A stretch of DNA of 64,000 bases from Thermoproteota archaeon. Lineage in GTDB: Archaea > Korarchaeota > Korarchaeia > Korarchaeales > JAOZGB01. The DNA lies in contig JAVCBU010000012.1 in the NCBI GenBank assembly GCA_037917685.1, positions 96,001 through 160,000 on the forward strand, written 5' to 3'. Positions 59,871 to 64,000 of this stretch are shown piece by piece. Within the stretch, counting starts at the first letter, position 1. Each line of letters starts with the position of its first letter. The position numbers and the translations under genes were made by a program. The notes under the pieces were generated by a model, which worked only from the letters and a program-made list of their open reading frames with translations, was not told the origin of the DNA and did no database searches.

Positions 59871-61493
59871 TCATGGTTTCACTCTCACTATCCAGATGAA
59901 CCCGTATCCCGTGTCCTTATAGTAGAACGTTTCAAAGTATCTGTCATCATTGAACTTTTCAAGGTAGGTGTCCACCCCAAATTCAGAGGCAGGCTTGTAA
60001 TATGAGAGAAGGTTTCCATATTGTATCATGGGGGTCGAGATGTAAATATGGGTGAGACCGTATCTTCTTGCGACATTCCATGCTTCTAAGGGATCCGTAG
60101 TTGAGTAAAGGATGTATAGATCATTCTGCACCTGACCGGGAGCTTTAATGTAGGGATATTCTACATTCCTAAGTGGAAAAACACCTCCAAGCAACGCTCT
60201 ACCACCACATACTCCTGCGAACATCTGGGCTCTATAGTAGTCCGCGCATATCCTAGCATCCTCACCTGTGTGCTGTCTGAACCAAACAGCTGCCTGATAT
60301 TCCTCGATAGTAATTCCAGCATTAGTTAATTTCCAGTCTAATCCGTATCCATATAGATCAACTGCCAGCGCTGATATTACTAACAATGATATAACATAGC
60401 CGTGCCTAAATTTGTAGATAAAATAGACAAGTAATACAGCTATTAGTAGGGCTAGCGGCTGAGCTAGAAACGGGTAGAATCTAAAACCCTCCAGCGGCTT
60501 AGCGATGGTACTCCAAGCGAGGCCGGGCTTACCAATCAATCTTATAATTGTCTCATTCTGGGTTTCAATTAGGGGGATCAAAGACCAAAGGATAACAGGA
60601 AGATGCCGCCTCCATCTGCTAAAGCTAAACGCCAACGCAATCATACCTACAACCGCGGCGGTTGGCCCGTAATATTCAAGGTGGCCGAACGGTGGCATAT
60701 AACCACTTGACGTTACTAAGGCATGGATCCACCACCAGTAAAGGTTTCGGGGAAGCCACCATGGAGCAGCAGCCAGCTGAGACAAACCGATCGCAGCTAA
60801 AACTTCGAGTAGAACCTTCCGTACAGCCCTCCTAGACAATATAAGGCCTAGAGTATAGAGTATCAGGCATAGTATTAGTAGGAAGTATGAAAGATGCATC
60901 AAGAAGCAGGCTGTAAGCATTAAACTTAGAAGTAGGATATACCTAAACCCAAGCCCTTTATCCCCTCTCACTGTGACTATCCACATTGCTATTGGTATCA
61001 AGAACAATGTAAAAGACTGCGGATCGGCTATCCCTGTGAAATATACAAAAGATGGGGTCAACGATAGGACTATTAATGACAAGTACGCCTCTAAGCGTCC
61101 ATAGAGATTCCTAGCCAGATAGAATATCGAAACAGATGATAATGCCTCGAAAAATGGAATAATTCTACTGCAAACAGTTGGTATGTCCAATCCGGATATT
61201 TTTGACAAGACCGCTAGCATAAATGGTGAAAGTGGCGGGTACCACATTGGAACATATCCATACGCCCTGTACCTTATATCTGGCTCAGGCAGGCTCCAGT
61301 GATCGTAGAAGTACTGCGCCATACAAACCCGATACCAAACATCCCCCTGGAAGGCTAGAAGATGAGGATCTACCCTAAGCTTAGGATAAAGCCTTAAAAA
61401 GACAGATAGAAAATACAGTGCTACCACAAACGCTGCATCCACACCAATCATGTTCTTAATTTTATCTCTGAGCCCCATGGAATCTACATCCAA
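59871..61493 (-). CDS. GT-C fold membrane glycosyltransferase (STT3/PMT-like)
   Basis: GDVWYR, WYPPL, multiple TMs and a C-terminal soluble domain (A..WFR..T...RYGLTHIY). Confidence 0.7.
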   Translation of the reverse strand: MDVDSMGLRDKIKNMIGVDAAFVVALYFLSVFLRLYPKLRVDPHLLAFQGDVWYRVCMAQYFYDHWSLPEPDIRYRAYGYVPMWYPPLSPFMLAVLSKISGLDIPTVCSRIIPFFEALSSVSIFYLARNLYGRLEAYLSLIVLSLTPSFVYFTGIADPQSFTLFLIPIAMWIVTVRGDKGLGFRYILLLSLMLTACFLMHLSYFLLILCLILYTLGLILSRRAVRKVLLEVLAAIGLSQLAAAPWWLPRNLYWWWIHALVTSSGYMPPFGHLEYYGPTAAVVGMIALAFSFSRWRRHLPVILWSLIPLIETQNETIIRLIGKPGLAWSTIAKPLEGFRFYPFLAQPLALLIAVLLVYFIYKFRHGYVISLLVISALAVDLYGYGLDWKLTNAGITIEEYQAAVWFRQHTGEDARICADYYRAQMFAGVCGGRALLGGVFPLRNVEYPYIKAPGQVQNDLYILYSTTDPLEAWNVARRYGLTHIYISTPMIQYGNLLSYYKPASEFGVDTYLEKFNDDRYFETFYYKDTGYGFIWIVRVKP

Positions 61494-61549
61494 TATTACG
61501 AGTGCGATGTTAAAAATTATAACGCATGAATAAGAATGGACCTACAGTA

Positions 61550-62485
61550 TTATCTTGCCTCCTCCCTTCTATATGGTATAGCTAGTGCTGAAGGGCTCCT
61601 CGTCCCCCTTGAAACCGCTATCAATGCAAGTATTATAGAAAGGTATGGTATCATGAGGAGGAAATATGTAGCTGATGGATAACCCATCTTAGTGAATACC
61701 TCTTGGAGGGTTGTCGATATAGACCATGTGAAACCAAAGAGCAGGGAACCAGCCCAGGTTCTGAGAGGATCCCATTTCCCGAAGTATACTAGTCCTATTG
61801 CTATAAAGCCCATGCCAAACGTAAGGTTTTCGAAGAATAGGCCTACAACTGCTAGGCATAGGAAGCCTCCTGCTATTCCGGCCAATGCTGAGCCTATAAT
61901 GACAGCGAGATATCTTACAAGATAAACGTTCACCCCGAGAGTATCTGCTGCTCGTGGGTTTTCTCCTACAGCCCTTAGTGAGAGACCCCACCTGGATTTG
62001 TAGAGCATGAACCACATAATCGGGATAAGGATGTATGAAAGGTATGCCATAGGATACTGTTTAAAGAATGCGCCTCCTACCACCGGTATCCTTGACAGGA
62101 GTGGTATCTCGACCTGAATTGATTTCTTAATGGTAACATGTTCTGCGCGGAATATCGACCTAAAAAGAAAGTCTGAAAGGCCGAAACCAAGGAAGAATAT
62201 TCCCATTCCCGCGATAACCTGGTTTAGTTTGAGAGTTACGGACATGAAAGCCATGAGCAGGCCTAACACTATTCCTACAAGCAGGGAGGCCAAGTATCCT
62301 ATGAGACAGCTCCCGGTTATGTAAGTATAGTAGAAGCTTAGAAACGCCCCCATAAGCATAATACCTTCAAGTCCAAGGTTTAAGACTCCGGCTCTCTCAG
62401 AGTATACTTCCCCTACACCAGCGAGGGCTAGGGGGGTTGCCGTGACAACCATAAGATTAAGTATGGACGTTATTAGTTCAAGCAT
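61550..62485 (-). CDS. Nucleoside/sugar ABC transporter permease
   Basis: SERAGVLNLGLEG, RAVGENP.AA, GFIA..FGKW and IPY. Confidence 0.92.
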   Translation of the reverse strand: MLELITSILNLMVVTATPLALAGVGEVYSERAGVLNLGLEGIMLMGAFLSFYYTYITGSCLIGYLASLLVGIVLGLLMAFMSVTLKLNQVIAGMGIFFLGFGLSDFLFRSIFRAEHVTIKKSIQVEIPLLSRIPVVGGAFFKQYPMAYLSYILIPIMWFMLYKSRWGLSLRAVGENPRAADTLGVNVYLVRYLAVIIGSALAGIAGGFLCLAVVGLFFENLTFGMGFIAIGLVYFGKWDPLRTWAGSLLFGFTWSISTTLQEVFTKMGYPSATYFLLMIPYLSIILALIAVSRGTRSPSALAIPYRREEAR

Positions 62486-62492
62486 TCTGGAA

Positions 62493-63548
62493 TCACCCGA
62501 CTCTTATTCTATACCTGGCTAATAGCTCTGATATTAATACGAAAATATAGATCATTCCCTCAAGAGCCTTTGAAAAAGTATAGCTTAGCCCGGTTGTCGC
62601 CTGGAGGTACACTACCCCATTATAGATTGCTCCAAAGATGAATGAGGAAGGTATTATTGCGAGGGGGTGGTCCTTGCCAACAAGGGACACTATTATAGCA
62701 GTATATCCCAGCCCTACAGATATCCCCTCGTATAGAAAGTGATGTACACCCATAATTTCGATGGAACCGGCTAGGCCAGCCAGGCCCCCACTTATAATCA
62801 TTGATAGAATAATCATGCTTTCAACATTGTATCCCGAGTATCTCGCACTAGAAGGGTTTTTCCCGCAGGCCCTAAGCTTAAATCCTATGTTTGTCTTAAA
62901 GAGCAGGTAGTAGACAAGATAGGCTATAATAATCGAGACTAGAAATCCTAAATGTAATCTCGTCCCAGGGATGATGATAGGCATCTCCGCTTTTATGGGT
63001 GGGGACATAGGCCACATTTCACTTTGAGGATTTTTAAGGGGGCCCCTTAGAAGCCACTGTAAAAGTTTAAACGCTAGCCAGTTCATCATAACTGTCGTTA
63101 CCACCTCGTTAATGCCCATTTTCGCCTTTAGATATCCAGCTACACCACCCCAGACTCCTCCAACCGCTAGGCTGAGAAAGAACGCTAGAACTGTAATTAA
63201 AGGCCAAGGTGTGAAGTCTTGGAGCAACATGCTGATCCATGTTGCAGCTATCGCTCCCATTATGAACTGGCCTTCGGCTCCTATATTCAAAACGTTCCCT
63301 CTGTTTGACAAGGCTATACCCACACCCATCAGTAGAAAGGGAACCATCCTTACAAGGGTGTCGGCAAGCTTCCTCGTAGACCCGAAGGCACCACTCAGGA
63401 AAGCGGAGTAGCCGTCAATAGGGCTAACCCCCGCCCACTCCATTAGAACCCCGCCAACAAGGAATGCGAGGAAAAATGCAAGTATCGGTGTTAACACAAA
63501 TATAAACAGGGAGGATTCCCTCCTTTCAACCATAATTTTCAAGCCCAA
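62493..63548 (-). CDS. Nucleoside/sugar ABC transporter permease
   Basis: NIGAEGQ, NEVVTTVMMN, SGGLAGLAG and GYTAI. Confidence 0.92.
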   Translation of the reverse strand: MGLKIMVERRESSLFIFVLTPILAFFLAFLVGGVLMEWAGVSPIDGYSAFLSGAFGSTRKLADTLVRMVPFLLMGVGIALSNRGNVLNIGAEGQFIMGAIAATWISMLLQDFTPWPLITVLAFFLSLAVGGVWGGVAGYLKAKMGINEVVTTVMMNWLAFKLLQWLLRGPLKNPQSEMWPMSPPIKAEMPIIIPGTRLHLGFLVSIIIAYLVYYLLFKTNIGFKLRACGKNPSSARYSGYNVESMIILSMIISGGLAGLAGSIEIMGVHHFLYEGISVGLGYTAIIVSLVGKDHPLAIIPSSFIFGAIYNGVVYLQATTGLSYTFSKALEGMIYIFVLISELLARYRIRVG

Positions 63549-64000
63549 AGCTTCGACACCTCCTCCCGGCTCATTCTTTTAGCTCCAGCCATCATAAGCC
63601 CCACATCTTCGAGCTGGAGATCACCAGGCTTGAATCCCCCAACTATTTCACCCTCGTACATCACGATAACCTTGTCGCTAAGGGAGAGCACTTCTGAGAG
63701 TTCCCCGGATACAAGTAATACGGCTTTCCCGTTACTTCTAGCCTCGAGCAGCAGTCTTCTTATATACTCTGTAGCTCCAACATCAAGGCCCGCAGTAGGT
63801 TCTTCAGCGATTATAAGATCAGAACCCCTACTAAGCTCCCTTGCAAGTATGAGTCTCTGAATATTCCCGCCTGAAAGGTTGGCGGCACGTGTGGAAGGAG
63901 AAGGTGTGACTATGTTAAACTCTTTTATCAGCTTTTCCGCGTACTCGTTGATTTTTTCAAGGCTTATTCGCTTGACAGGGCCCAAAAAAGACTTGGAGAA
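63539..64000 (-). CDS. Nucleoside/sugar ABC transporter ATP-binding protein (5' end outside window)
   Basis: LSGGNIQR, EPTAGLD and LSDKVIVMYEG. Confidence 0.92.
   Translation of the reverse strand, partial: FSKSFLGPVKRISLEKINEYAEKLIKEFNIVTPSPSTRAANLSGGNIQRLILARELSRGSDLIIAEEPTAGLDVGATEYIRRLLLEARSNGKAVLLVSGELSEVLSLSDKVIVMYEGEIVGGFKPGDLQLEDVGLMMAGAKRMSREEVSKLWA

Overview
Gene-dense chromosomal segment of a (hyper)thermophilic archaeon. The evidence is reverse gyrase, a tungsten AOR, a DGGGP-synthase-like UbiA, Cdc48, SAMP/TtuA and a single-OB crenarchaeal-type SSB; lineage is not resolvable from sequence alone. Most of the ~60 CDS are housekeeping or metabolic: 2-oxoacid:ferredoxin oxidoreductase, nucleoside/nucleobase uptake and salvage, RNA modification and envelope proteins. 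I found no rRNA, tRNA, CRISPR array, transposase or integrase. Most noteworthy: (1) an orphan island at 24.2-28.1 kb with a wHTH regulator, an OB-fold fused to a degenerate AAA+ domain, small hydrophobic-hairpin/charged proteins, and an unannotated inverted, frameshifted paralogue; (2) tmcA (ac4C writer) translationally coupled to a YqfB-like ASCH protein (candidate ac4C eraser); (3) a divergent nurA-herA pair without mre11/rad50, heading a tightly coupled six-gene run; (4) two deletion scars only partly visible in the ORF track: glycoside hydrolase 5' half joined to a P1B-ATPase 3' end, and hdrB 5' joined to hdrC 3'; (5) a reverse gyrase lacking the Cys ligands of its N-terminal Zn finger. 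All family calls come from motif recognition by eye, not database searches.
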